Assembly (NCBI RefSeq): GCF_002854065.1
Contig: NZ_CP024147.1
DNA from: Escherichia coli
GTDB lineage: Bacteria; Pseudomonadota; Gammaproteobacteria; Enterobacterales; Enterobacteriaceae
Reading direction: 5' to 3' (one strand)
Length of the DNA stretch: 64,000 nucleotides
Below the pieces are notes generated by a model that saw nothing but the letters and a program-made list of their open reading frames with translations, was not told where the DNA came from and did not search any database. A program made the translations under genes and the position numbers. This document shows positions 25,133 to 33,861 of this stretch, in pieces. The stretch's first letter is position 1, and every line of letters begins with the position of its first letter.

Positions 25133-27175
25133 TCAGCCCTTAATGCCGTAATGCTCCAGCATCGCATCCAGCTGCGGTTCACGCCCACGGAAGCGTTTGA
25201 ACAGATCCATCGGCTCTTCTGAACCGCCACGGCTCAGAATGTTGTCGAGGAACGACTGTCCGGTTTCACGGTTGAAAATGCCCTCTTCCTCAAAGCGCGA
25301 GAAGGCATCTGCCGCCAGCACGTCGGCCCACAGGTAGCTGTAGTAACCTGCGGCATAACCACCGGCGAAAATATGGCTGAAAGCGTGCGGGAAACGGCCC
25401 CAGGATGGAGACGGTACTACGGCAACCAGTTTCTTGATTTCTGCCAGAGTTTCGAGGATTTTCGCTCCCTGATCCGGGCGGAACTCGGCATGGAGGCGGA
25501 AATCGAACAGGCCGAACTCCAGCTGGCGCAGAATAAACAGCGCCGCCTGGTAGTTCTTCGCCGCCAGCATTTTATCCAGCAACTCTTTCGGCAGCGGTTC
25601 GCCGGTTTCGTAGTGACCGGAGATAAACTCCAGCGCCTCAGGCTCCCAGCACCAGTTTTCCATAAACTGACTCGGCAGTTCGACCGCATCCCACGGCACC
25701 CCGCTGATACCAGATACACCGGCAGTTTCGATGCGGGTCAGCATATGGTGCAGACCATGACCGAACTCGTGGAACAGGGTGATCACTTCGTCATGGGTAA
25801 ACAGCGCCGGTTTACCATTCACCGGGCGGTTGAAGTTACAGGTCAGATACGCGACCGGTTTTTGCAGCGAACCGTCGGCTTTACGCATCTGGCCTACGCA
25901 GTCATCCATCCACGCCCCGCCGCGCTTGTTTTCACGGGCATACAGGTCGAGGTAGAAGCTACCGCGCAGTTCGTTGTTCTCGTCATACAGTTCGAAGAAA
26001 CGTACATCCGGATGCCAGACATCAACATCTTTACGCTCTTTAGCGGTGATGCCGTAAATACGTTTCACCACTTCAAACAGGCCGTTAACCGCTTTGTTTT
26101 CCGGGAAGTACGGACGCAGCTGTTCGTCACTGATGCTGTAAAGGTGCTGTTTTTGTTTTTCGCTGTAGTATGCGATATCCCACGGTTGCAACTCATCCAC
26201 GCCAAATTCGGCTTTGGCGAAGGCACGCAGTTGCGCCAGCTCTTTTTCGCCCTGCGGACGCGCGCGTTTTGCCAGATCGGTTAAGAAATCAAGCACCTGC
26301 TGCGGGTTTTCCGCCATTTTGGTAGCCAGTGATTTAAACGCGTAGTTTTCAAAGCCCAGCAGTTGCGCCAGTTCGTGACGCAGCGCGAGGATCTCTTCCA
26401 TCACCTTGCTGTTATCCCATTTACCGGCGTTTGGACCTTGATCTGAAGCGCGGGTGCTGTAAGCGCGATACATCTCTTCGCGCAGAGCCTGGTTGTCGCA
26501 GTAGGTCATTACCGGCAGGTAGCTTGGGATATCCAGCGTCAGCAGGTAGCCTTCAAGTTCTTTCGCTTCAGCCTGGGCTTTTGCCGCAGCCAGCGCGCTT
26601 TCTGGCATCCCCGCCAGTTCCGCTTCGTCGGTAACGAGTTTGGTCCAGCCCATTGTCGCATCGAGGACGTTGTTGCTGTACTGGTTGCCCAGCTCGGAAA
26701 GACGAGTGGCAATCTCACCGTAGCGTTGTTGTTTCTCTTTTGGCAGACCGATGCCAGAGAGTTCGAAGTCGCGCAGTGCGTTATCAACCGCTTTTTTCTG
26801 CGCCGTGTTCAGCGTGGCGTAATGATCGCCATCGCGCAGGTCGCGATACGCTTTATACAGCCCTTCATGTTGCCCTACCCAGGTGCTGTATTCCGACAGC
26901 AGCGGCAGGGTTTGCTCGTACGCTTCACGCAGTTCCGGGCTATTTTTCACCGAGTTCAGGTGGCTGACCGGGGAGAAGATACGCCCCAGCACATCGTCCA
27001 CTTCCGCCAACGGCTGGCAGAGATTTTCCCAGGTGTACGGTGCTCCTTGCGCTACTACGCGCTCCACATTTTCGCGGCAGTCGTTCAGCGCCTTAGTCAC
27101 GGCTGGAACGACATGTTCCGGGAGAATTTTAGAAAACGGAGGCAATTCAAAGGGAGTCAGTAACGGATTCGTCAT
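25133..27175 (-). CDS. prlC: oligopeptidase A (M3 family)
   Basis: Zn-binding HEFGHGLHH motif; start [14 protein letters not shown] at 27175. Confidence 0.9.
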   Translation of the reverse strand: MTNPLLTPFELPPFSKILPEHVVPAVTKALNDCRENVERVVAQGAPYTWENLCQPLAEVDDVLGRIFSPVSHLNSVKNSPELREAYEQTLPLLSEYSTWVGQHEGLYKAYRDLRDGDHYATLNTAQKKAVDNALRDFELSGIGLPKEKQQRYGEIATRLSELGNQYSNNVLDATMGWTKLVTDEAELAGMPESALAAAKAQAEAKELEGYLLTLDIPSYLPVMTYCDNQALREEMYRAYSTRASDQGPNAGKWDNSKVMEEILALRHELAQLLGFENYAFKSLATKMAENPQQVLDFLTDLAKRARPQGEKELAQLRAFAKAEFGVDELQPWDIAYYSEKQKQHLYSISDEQLRPYFPENKAVNGLFEVVKRIYGITAKERKDVDVWHPDVRFFELYDENNELRGSFYLDLYARENKRGGAWMDDCVGQMRKADGSLQKPVAYLTCNFNRPVNGKPALFTHDEVITLFHEFGHGLHHMLTRIETAGVSGISGVPWDAVELPSQFMENWCWEPEALEFISGHYETGEPLPKELLDKMLAAKNYQAALFILRQLEFGLFDFRLHAEFRPDQGAKILETLAEIKKLVAVVPSPSWGRFPHAFSHIFAGGYAAGYYSYLWADVLAADAFSRFEEEGIFNRETGQSFLDNILSRGGSEEPMDLFKRFRGREPQLDAMLEHYGIKG

Positions 27176-27377
27176 TAGCGCAGTCCTGGTTAAAGAGGTT
27201 AAGGAAGCGCTCAACAGGCGCTTTACATAATGTGTGTAGCATGGGGTTAAGTGTAGTGAATTTCAATGAGAAACGTTACGCTTTCGCGGCGGCGGCCTCT
27301 TTTCGGTATACTGTCCTGATAGGCTTTTGTGCGCCCCGAATACGGGCCGATTTTTACTTACCGGAACACCTTTACCC

Positions 27378-28220
27378 ATGCTCAGTTATCGCCACAGCTT
27401 TCACGCTGGCAACCACGCCGACGTCCTTAAACATACCGTTCAGAGCCTGATCATTGAGTCGCTGAAAGAGAAAGATAAACCGTTTCTCTATCTCGACACC
27501 CACGCAGGGGCCGGGCGTTATCAGTTAGGCAGCGAACATGCCGAGCGTACCGGCGAATATCTCGAAGGTATCGCCCGTATCTGGCAGCAGGACGATTTGC
27601 CTGCGGAGCTGGAGGCGTATATCAATGTGGTAAAACACTTTAACCGTAGCGGTCAGTTGCGTTACTACCCCGGTTCACCGTTGATTGCCCGCCAGCTACT
27701 GCGCGAACAGGACAGCCTGCAACTGACCGAACTGCACCCGAGCGATTACCCGTTGCTGCGTTCTGAATTTCAGAAAGACAGCCGTGCGCGCGTTGAAAAA
27801 GCCGACGGTTTCCAGCAGCTTAAGGCCAAACTGCCGCCGGTTTCCCGCCGTGGTTTAATCCTTATCGACCCGCCGTATGAAATGAAAACCGACTATCAAG
27901 CGGTGGTCAGCGGGATAGCAGAAGGTTACAAACGTTTCGCCACTGGTACATACGCACTGTGGTATCCGGTGGTGCTGCGTCAGCAAATTAAGCGCATGAT
28001 CCACGATCTGGAAGCGACCGGTATTCGCAAAATTCTGCAAATTGAACTGGCGGTACTGCCAGACAGCGATCGCCGTGGCATGACCGCTTCCGGCATGATT
28101 GTGATTAACCCGCCGTGGAAGCTGGAACAGCAGATGAATAACGTGCTGCCGTGGCTGCACAGCAAACTGGTTCCGGCAGGCACCGGGCACGCCACCGTAA
28201 GCTGGATCGTGCCGGAGTAA
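27378..28220 (+). CDS. rlmJ: 23S rRNA (adenine2030-N6)-methyltransferase RlmJ
   Basis: Start MLSYRHSFHAGNHADVLKH at 27378; catalytic LIDPPYE motif. Confidence 0.85.
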   Translation: MLSYRHSFHAGNHADVLKHTVQSLIIESLKEKDKPFLYLDTHAGAGRYQLGSEHAERTGEYLEGIARIWQQDDLPAELEAYINVVKHFNRSGQLRYYPGSPLIARQLLREQDSLQLTELHPSDYPLLRSEFQKDSRARVEKADGFQQLKAKLPPVSRRGLILIDPPYEMKTDYQAVVSGIAEGYKRFATGTYALWYPVVLRQQIKRMIHDLEATGIRKILQIELAVLPDSDRRGMTASGMIVINPPWKLEQQMNNVLPWLHSKLVPAGTGHATVSWIVPE

Positions 28221-28291
28221 TTGCAGCCATCGCTGGCACCTATTACGTCTCGCGCTACAATCGCGGTAATCAACGATAAGGACACTCTGTC

Positions 28292-29647
28292 ATGACTAAA
28301 CACTATGATTACATCGCCATCGGCGGCGGCAGCGGCGGTATCGCCTCCATCAACCGCGCGGCTATGTACGGCCAGAAATGCGCGCTGATTGAAGCCAAAG
28401 AGCTGGGCGGCACCTGCGTGAACGTCGGCTGCGTACCGAAGAAAGTGATGTGGCACGCGGCGCAAATCCGTGAAGCGATCCATATGTACGGCCCGGATTA
28501 TGGTTTTGATACCACTATCAATAAATTCAACTGGGAAACGTTGATCGCCAGCCGTACCGCCTATATCGACCGTATTCATACTTCTTATGAAAACGTGCTC
28601 GGTAAAAATAACGTTGATGTAATCAAAGGCTTTGCCCGCTTCGTTGATGCCAAAACGCTGGAAGTAAACGGCGAAACCATCACGGCCGCTCATATCCTGA
28701 TCGCCACCGGCGGTCGTCCGAGCCACCCGGATATTCCGGGCGTGGAATACGGTATTGATTCTGATGGTTTCTTTGCCCTTCCTGCTTTGCCAGAGCGTGT
28801 GGCGGTTGTTGGCGCGGGTTACATCGCCGTGGAACTGGCAGGCGTGATTAACGGCCTCGGCGCGAAAACGCATCTGTTTGTGCGTAAACATGCGCCGCTG
28901 CGCAGCTTCGACCCGATGATCTCTGAAACGCTGGTCGAAGTGATGAACGCCGAAGGCCCGCAGTTGCACACCAACGCCATCCCGAAAGCGGTAGTGAAAA
29001 ATGCCGATGGTAGCCTGACGCTGGAGCTGGAAGATGGTCGCAGTGAAACGGTGGATTGCCTGATTTGGGCGATTGGTCGCGAGCCTGCCAATGACAACAT
29101 CAACCTCGAAGCCGCTGGCGTTAAAACCAACGAAAAAGGCTATATCGTCGTCGATAAATATCAAAACACCAACATTGAAGGTATTTACGCGGTGGGCGAT
29201 AACACGGGTGCAGTAGAACTGACACCGGTGGCAGTTGCAGCGGGTCGCCGCCTCTCTGAGCGCCTGTTTAATAACAAGCCGGATGAGCATCTGGATTACA
29301 GCAACATTCCGACCGTGGTCTTCAGCCATCCGCCGATTGGTACTGTTGGTTTAACGGAACCGCAGGCGCGCGAGCAGTACGGCGACGATCAGGTGAAAGT
29401 GTATAAATCCTCTTTCACCGCGATGTATACCGCCGTCACCACTCACCGCCAGCCGTGCCGCATGAAGCTGGTGTGCGTTGGACCGGAAGAGAAGATTGTC
29501 GGTATTCACGGCATTGGTTTTGGTATGGACGAAATGTTGCAGGGCTTCGCGGTGGCACTGAAGATGGGGGCGACCAAAAAAGACTTCGACAATACCGTCG
29601 CCATTCACCCGACGGCGGCAGAAGAGTTCGTTACCATGAGAGGTTAG
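28292..29647 (+). CDS. gor: glutathione-disulfide reductase
   Basis: 451 aa; FAD site GGGSGG, redox-active [14 protein letters not shown]-terminal HPTAAEE. Confidence 0.95.
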   Translation: MTKHYDYIAIGGGSGGIASINRAAMYGQKCALIEAKELGGTCVNVGCVPKKVMWHAAQIREAIHMYGPDYGFDTTINKFNWETLIASRTAYIDRIHTSYENVLGKNNVDVIKGFARFVDAKTLEVNGETITAAHILIATGGRPSHPDIPGVEYGIDSDGFFALPALPERVAVVGAGYIAVELAGVINGLGAKTHLFVRKHAPLRSFDPMISETLVEVMNAEGPQLHTNAIPKAVVKNADGSLTLELEDGRSETVDCLIWAIGREPANDNINLEAAGVKTNEKGYIVVDKYQNTNIEGIYAVGDNTGAVELTPVAVAAGRRLSERLFNNKPDEHLDYSNIPTVVFSHPPIGTVGLTEPQAREQYGDDQVKVYKSSFTAMYTAVTTHRQPCRMKLVCVGPEEKIVGIHGIGFGMDEMLQGFAVALKMGATKKDFDNTVAIHPTAAEEFVTMRG

Positions 29648-29683
29648 TGTAGAAAAACCATACCTACACCTTTGCAAATCTGG

Positions 29684-29713
29684 AAAACTGGCCGTAACAA
29701 GCCAGTTTTTTCT
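29684..29713 (+). terminator. gor rho-independent terminator
   Basis: AAAACTGGC / GCCAGTTTT stem with 8-nt loop then T-run. Confidence 0.6.
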
Positions 29714-29919
29714 TTATAAGAATGATAGTTGACACTCTTGTTTATGTGTATTCTATATAAAATATTGATACCATAATTAAACAGATGAGAATAAAAAAGC
29801 ATCAATTACTTGTTTATATAGAGAACCAATTCTTAGATTTTTCGCATGATTTGAAATAGAAATTGATGATGTATTCGCGTCATTGAATTCCATTTTAAAA
29901 TCTGTTTCTCTAGGTTTAT

Positions 29920-31164
29920 TTAAATATTTTTTTGTATGGTGTCCGGAGATAAGGATAAACTCTCATGCCTAGATAATGGGCGTTCATCTTCTTGTGTATA
30001 TATAACTTTATAATCTTTTGGTAAGTCTTCAGCCAGGCGACCGGAGAATAAAGTTAGTTCGTCAGTAGCCATCGTAAATAACCAAGCTTCCTGATTTATA
30101 CTCTGGTTAACTCGTAAAATTCTACCCAGTACCTGCCTGAAATAGAGCTCAGTTTTAACAGCGCTTAGATGACAGCAAACCTGAAGTCGAGGGATGTCTG
30201 TACCCTCACTGATCATGCCAACACTGACAATCCACTCGGTAGTCGCATGTCGATAATGGTCAATTTTAGAAATGGCTCTTCTATCGTGATATGTCACAAT
30301 AGTTGTAGTTTGGCCAAACTCGTTTTCTAAAATACTTAGTAGTTCATATGCATGCTCGACTGATGAAGCAACAACCAGACCACCTGCGTCAGGGTTAAAT
30401 TTTCTAATTTCACGAAGTTTTTCACATCCAGATTTGATTACATACCTCATTGCATCAGGATACCAAATTATTGATTGATATGAAGTTACTGTCTCATTCA
30501 AAAAGTCTGCTATAGAACTATAATTTTTCATTGTTTCATCGGATGAGATAGCCAAATTGCTACTATTTACAAGGACAATTTTTGGCTTACGACAAACGTT
30601 ATCTGCAATAGCTTCTCTGAGACCGTATTCATAGTCACAGCTAACCACTCCATCCGAATCAGTGTAATTTGAAAACACTATTGGTGTATTGTCTGTTCGC
30701 CATGGAGTTCCTGTTAATGCCAATGTGTAACTGACACATTGTTGAACTTGAGACAGTATTTCCCCGCCCCAGACATTTGCATTTTCCAATGAATCACCAG
30801 AGCAATGATGTATTTCGTCGAAAACAGCCAACACACGATGACGCTTCAAAGAATCCCAGAAACGTTTATCGAAATACATCAGACTATGATAAGTATACAC
30901 CGCGCCAACCGCACCAAAGTCTCCATCAAAACTTCTTTCCAGAATACGGGAAAAATTACTTTTTATAGATGAGACTACCGCTGTTGAGGGGGCAAAGCAT
31001 ATAACCAGATCAACCATATCGAGCTCAAGCATTCTTTTGGTGACTTCGGCCGCCATTACAGTTTTTCCAGCACCAGGACTTGCAAGACATAGAAAGTGCT
31101 GTAATCCAGATTGATACTTTGTTAGCGCAGCGGCAACGCATTCTTTCTGCCAATCTCTCAACAT
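29920..31164 (-). CDS. compact SF2 (DEAD/DEAH-type) helicase, function unknown
   Basis: 414 aa, low GC; motif I SPGAGKT, motif II FDEIHH, motif III LTGTP, motif VI QVLGRILR; no extra nuclease domain. Confidence 0.7.
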   Translation of the reverse strand: MLRDWQKECVAAALTKYQSGLQHFLCLASPGAGKTVMAAEVTKRMLELDMVDLVICFAPSTAVVSSIKSNFSRILERSFDGDFGAVGAVYTYHSLMYFDKRFWDSLKRHRVLAVFDEIHHCSGDSLENANVWGGEILSQVQQCVSYTLALTGTPWRTDNTPIVFSNYTDSDGVVSCDYEYGLREAIADNVCRKPKIVLVNSSNLAISSDETMKNYSSIADFLNETVTSYQSIIWYPDAMRYVIKSGCEKLREIRKFNPDAGGLVVASSVEHAYELLSILENEFGQTTTIVTYHDRRAISKIDHYRHATTEWIVSVGMISEGTDIPRLQVCCHLSAVKTELYFRQVLGRILRVNQSINQEAWLFTMATDELTLFSGRLAEDLPKDYKVIYTQEDERPLSRHESLSLSPDTIQKNI

Positions 31165-31280
31165 ACTCGATGCTCATCACTATGTTGACTAGACTGGCCC
31201 CCTGAATCTCCAGACAACCAATATCACTTAAATAAGTGATAGTCTTAATACTAGTTTTTAGACTAGTCATTGGAGAACAG

Positions 31281-31646
31281 ATGATTGATGTCTTAGGGCC
31301 GGAGAAACGCAGACGGCGTACCACACAGGAAAAGATCGCAATTGTTCAGCAGAGCTTTGAACCGGGGATGACGGTCTCCCTCGTTGCCCGGCAACATGGT
31401 GTAGCAGCCAGCCAGTTATTTCTCTGGCGTAAGCAATACCAGGAAGGAAGTCTTACTGCTGTCGCCGCCGGAGAACAGGTTGTTCCTGCCTCTGAACTTG
31501 CTGCCGCCATGAAGCAGATTAAAGAACTCCAGCGCCTGCTCGGCAAGAAAACGATGGAAAATGAACTCCTCAAAGAAGCCGTTGAATATGGACGGGCAAA
31601 AAAGTGGATAGCGCACGCGCCCTTATTGCCCGGGGATGGGGAGTAA
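31281..31646 (+). CDS. insC: IS2 transposase OrfA (InsC)
   Basis: Product [30 protein letters not shown]... HTH protein. Confidence 0.85.
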
Positions 31647-32509
31647 GCTTAGTCAGCCGTTGTCTCCGGGTGTCGCGTGCGCAGTTGCACGTCATTCTCA
31701 GACGAACCGATGACTGGATGGATGGCCGCCGCAGTCGTCACACTGATGATACGGATGTGCTTCTCCGTATACACCATGTTATCGGAGAGCTGCCCACGTA
31801 TGGTTATCGTCGGGTATGGGCGCTGCTTCGCAGACAGGCAGAACTTGATGGTATGCCTGCGATCAATGCCAAACGTGTTTACCGGATCATGCGCCAGAAT
31901 GCGCTGTTGCTTGAGCGAAAACCTGCTGTACCGCCATCGAAACGGGCACATACAGGCAGAGTGGCCGTGAAAGAAAGCAATCAGCGATGGTGCTCTGACG
32001 GGTTCGAGTTCTGCTGTGATAACGGAGAGAGACTGCGTGTCACGTTCGCGCTGGACTGCTGTGATCGTGAGGCACTGCACTGGGCGGTCACTACCGGCGG
32101 CTTCAACAGTGAAACAGTACAGGACGTCATGCTGGGAGCGGTGGAACGCCGCTTCGGCAACGATCTTCCGTCGTCTCCAGTGGAGTGGCTGACGGATAAT
32201 GGTTCATGCTACCGGGCTAATGAAACACGCCAGTTCGCCCGGATGTTGGGACTTGAACCGAAGAACACGGCGGTGCGGAGTCCGGAGAGTAACGGAATAG
32301 CAGAGAGCTTCGTGAAAACGATAAAGCGTGACTACATCAGTATCATGCCCAAACCAGACGGGTTAACGGCAGCAAAGAACCTTGCAGAGGCGTTCGAGCA
32401 TTATAACGAATGGCATCCGCATAGTGCGCTGGGTTATCGCTCGCCACGGGAATATCTGCGGCAGCGGGCTTGTAATGGGTTAAGTGATAACAGATGTCTG
32501 GAAATATAG
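31604..32509 (+). CDS. insD: IS2 transposase OrfB (InsD), DDE integrase-like
   Basis: 301-aa ORF in the frame overlapping insC 3-prime end, as expected for IS3-family frameshift expression. Confidence 0.85.
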
Positions 32510-33063
32510 GGGCAAATCCATTGACCAAGTACTTTTGTTAAAGCGGTAACTCTGCCAAGCAATTCTGCCGACTGATTTTTTGCCTGCTGATAAAGGTCCA
32601 TAAAACATATCTTCTTGGCTGGAAAACGTTCCATCAAAGATTGATATTCTTCTAGCTCGCCCAGAATCACAGCAAGTTTGGCTTCATGAATAACTTTTTC
32701 TTTTTCTATATCGACCAAGAAACGATCAGCCCCCGGTGCCGACGGTTTCATTTTTTCGGGCATAGCGATAAGCCGCGAATTCTTTGGCAACGCTCTTGGT
32801 ATGAAAATAGTTGAATGAAAACTTTCCGTTTTCTTATACACACTTCTGGACTTGCCACCACTACTCTCAATTTTATAGATGAAGCCCAGGGACTCTAACC
32901 GAAGAAGTTGTCGGTGAATGAATTTTCTAGCCTCAGTAACTTCTGCGTAGTCATCTGTAATCTTCAGCAAAGCATCCCTGAGATGGATAGCGCAGAACTC
33001 ATTAAAACCCATCTCAATCAATAACTTATACATATATGGATGCAACTTTACTGCAGATTTCAT
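32434..33063 (-). CDS. hypothetical protein with putative winged-helix region; native C-terminus displaced by IS2 (last 27 codons are IS2-encoded)
   Basis: ORF reads into IS2 at 32520; removing IS2 and one TTGAC copy restores ...VLGQHSDEHRVC-stop, ending 4 nt downstream of the helicase ATG. Confidence 0.55.
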
Positions 33064-33161
33064 TATAAAAAATCCAAAATAACAAACTTAGAATTGCTAA
33101 GTATACAGAAACCAACGAAACTTAGACAATCTCAGCACCCTAAGGCAATGATGATGAATAC

Positions 33162-33473
33162 GTGGCTCACCCAAACCCGATACCCGAGAGGCTCAAAGCG
33201 GCCAGAACAAAAGCTGGGATCACTCAGAAGGAATTGGGGATCCGAATTGGCATGGAACCCAGCTCGGCGAGTGGTCGTATGAACCATTATGAGAAAGGGA
33301 GACACACTCCTGACATTGATACCCTCAAGCGTATGGCTGATGAACTTGGGGTACCAATTAACTATTTCTTTTGCGAGAACGACATAACTGCAGAATTAGC
33401 ATGTCTGATAGCTAAAATGACTGAGCAGCAGCAGATTGAATTGATTGCTATGCTAAAGAAAAATCAATCTTAG
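33162..33473 (+). CDS. XRE-family helix-turn-helix transcriptional regulator
   Basis: 103 aa; HTH LKAARTKAGITQKELGIRIGMEPSSASGRMNHYEKG typical of Cro/C1-type regulators. Confidence 0.7.
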   Translation: MAHPNPIPERLKAARTKAGITQKELGIRIGMEPSSASGRMNHYEKGRHTPDIDTLKRMADELGVPINYFFCENDITAELACLIAKMTEQQQIELIAMLKKNQS

Positions 33474-33861
33474 ATTTTTCACAGAACTCATACCTGAATA
33501 ATATCAGGGTTTCTTAGATATCCTTGACCTGCGACGTATACGCCTCCTCGAAGGGTATCCGCAATTTCTTATCTCATGTATCAGCTACCACCCAAACCGA
33601 ATCTTCATCAGTTCCGGACGTCATGTAATAAACCATAATTCTGGAAATCAAGGAAGCAAATCTAATTGTGTAAATGACCCCGTTGTTTCAGTAATTGAGT
33701 AACATGCCATAAACGGGATTAATAAAGACTTCATTTTAATTTCAACGCCCTTATCAGCCTGAAGTAAAATATGACTTGCAGATCACGTGAATACCTAAGC
33801 TGGAAGAGTATCTTTTACTATTGCAGTCCAACGTGAGAAAACAACAAGTCAACAAGGATTC

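Larger units (their letters stand above)
31190..32520 (+). mobile_element. IS2 (IS3 family), complete 1331-bp copy with 5-bp target duplication TTGAC
   Basis: Ends TAGACTGGCCCCCTGAATCTCC ... GGAAATATAGGGGCAAATCCA; TTGAC at 31185-31189 and 32521-32525; encodes InsC/InsD-type ORFs. Confidence 0.9.

Noticed and set aside
25373-26284. 303-aa plus-strand ORF inside prlC
   Set aside because: Antisense to the zinc-metallopeptidase gene carrying HEFGHGLHH; no independent support
27980-29329. 449-aa minus-strand ORF antisense to gor (and 27855-28190 antisense to rlmJ)
   Set aside because: gor has unmistakable flavoprotein disulfide reductase motifs on the plus strand; the antisense ORF is an open-frame artefact
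33040-33282. 80-aa ORF overlapping the XRE regulator start
   Set aside because: Different frame from the HTH protein and overlaps the upstream divergent promoter region; the 33162 frame has the recognisable DNA-binding motif
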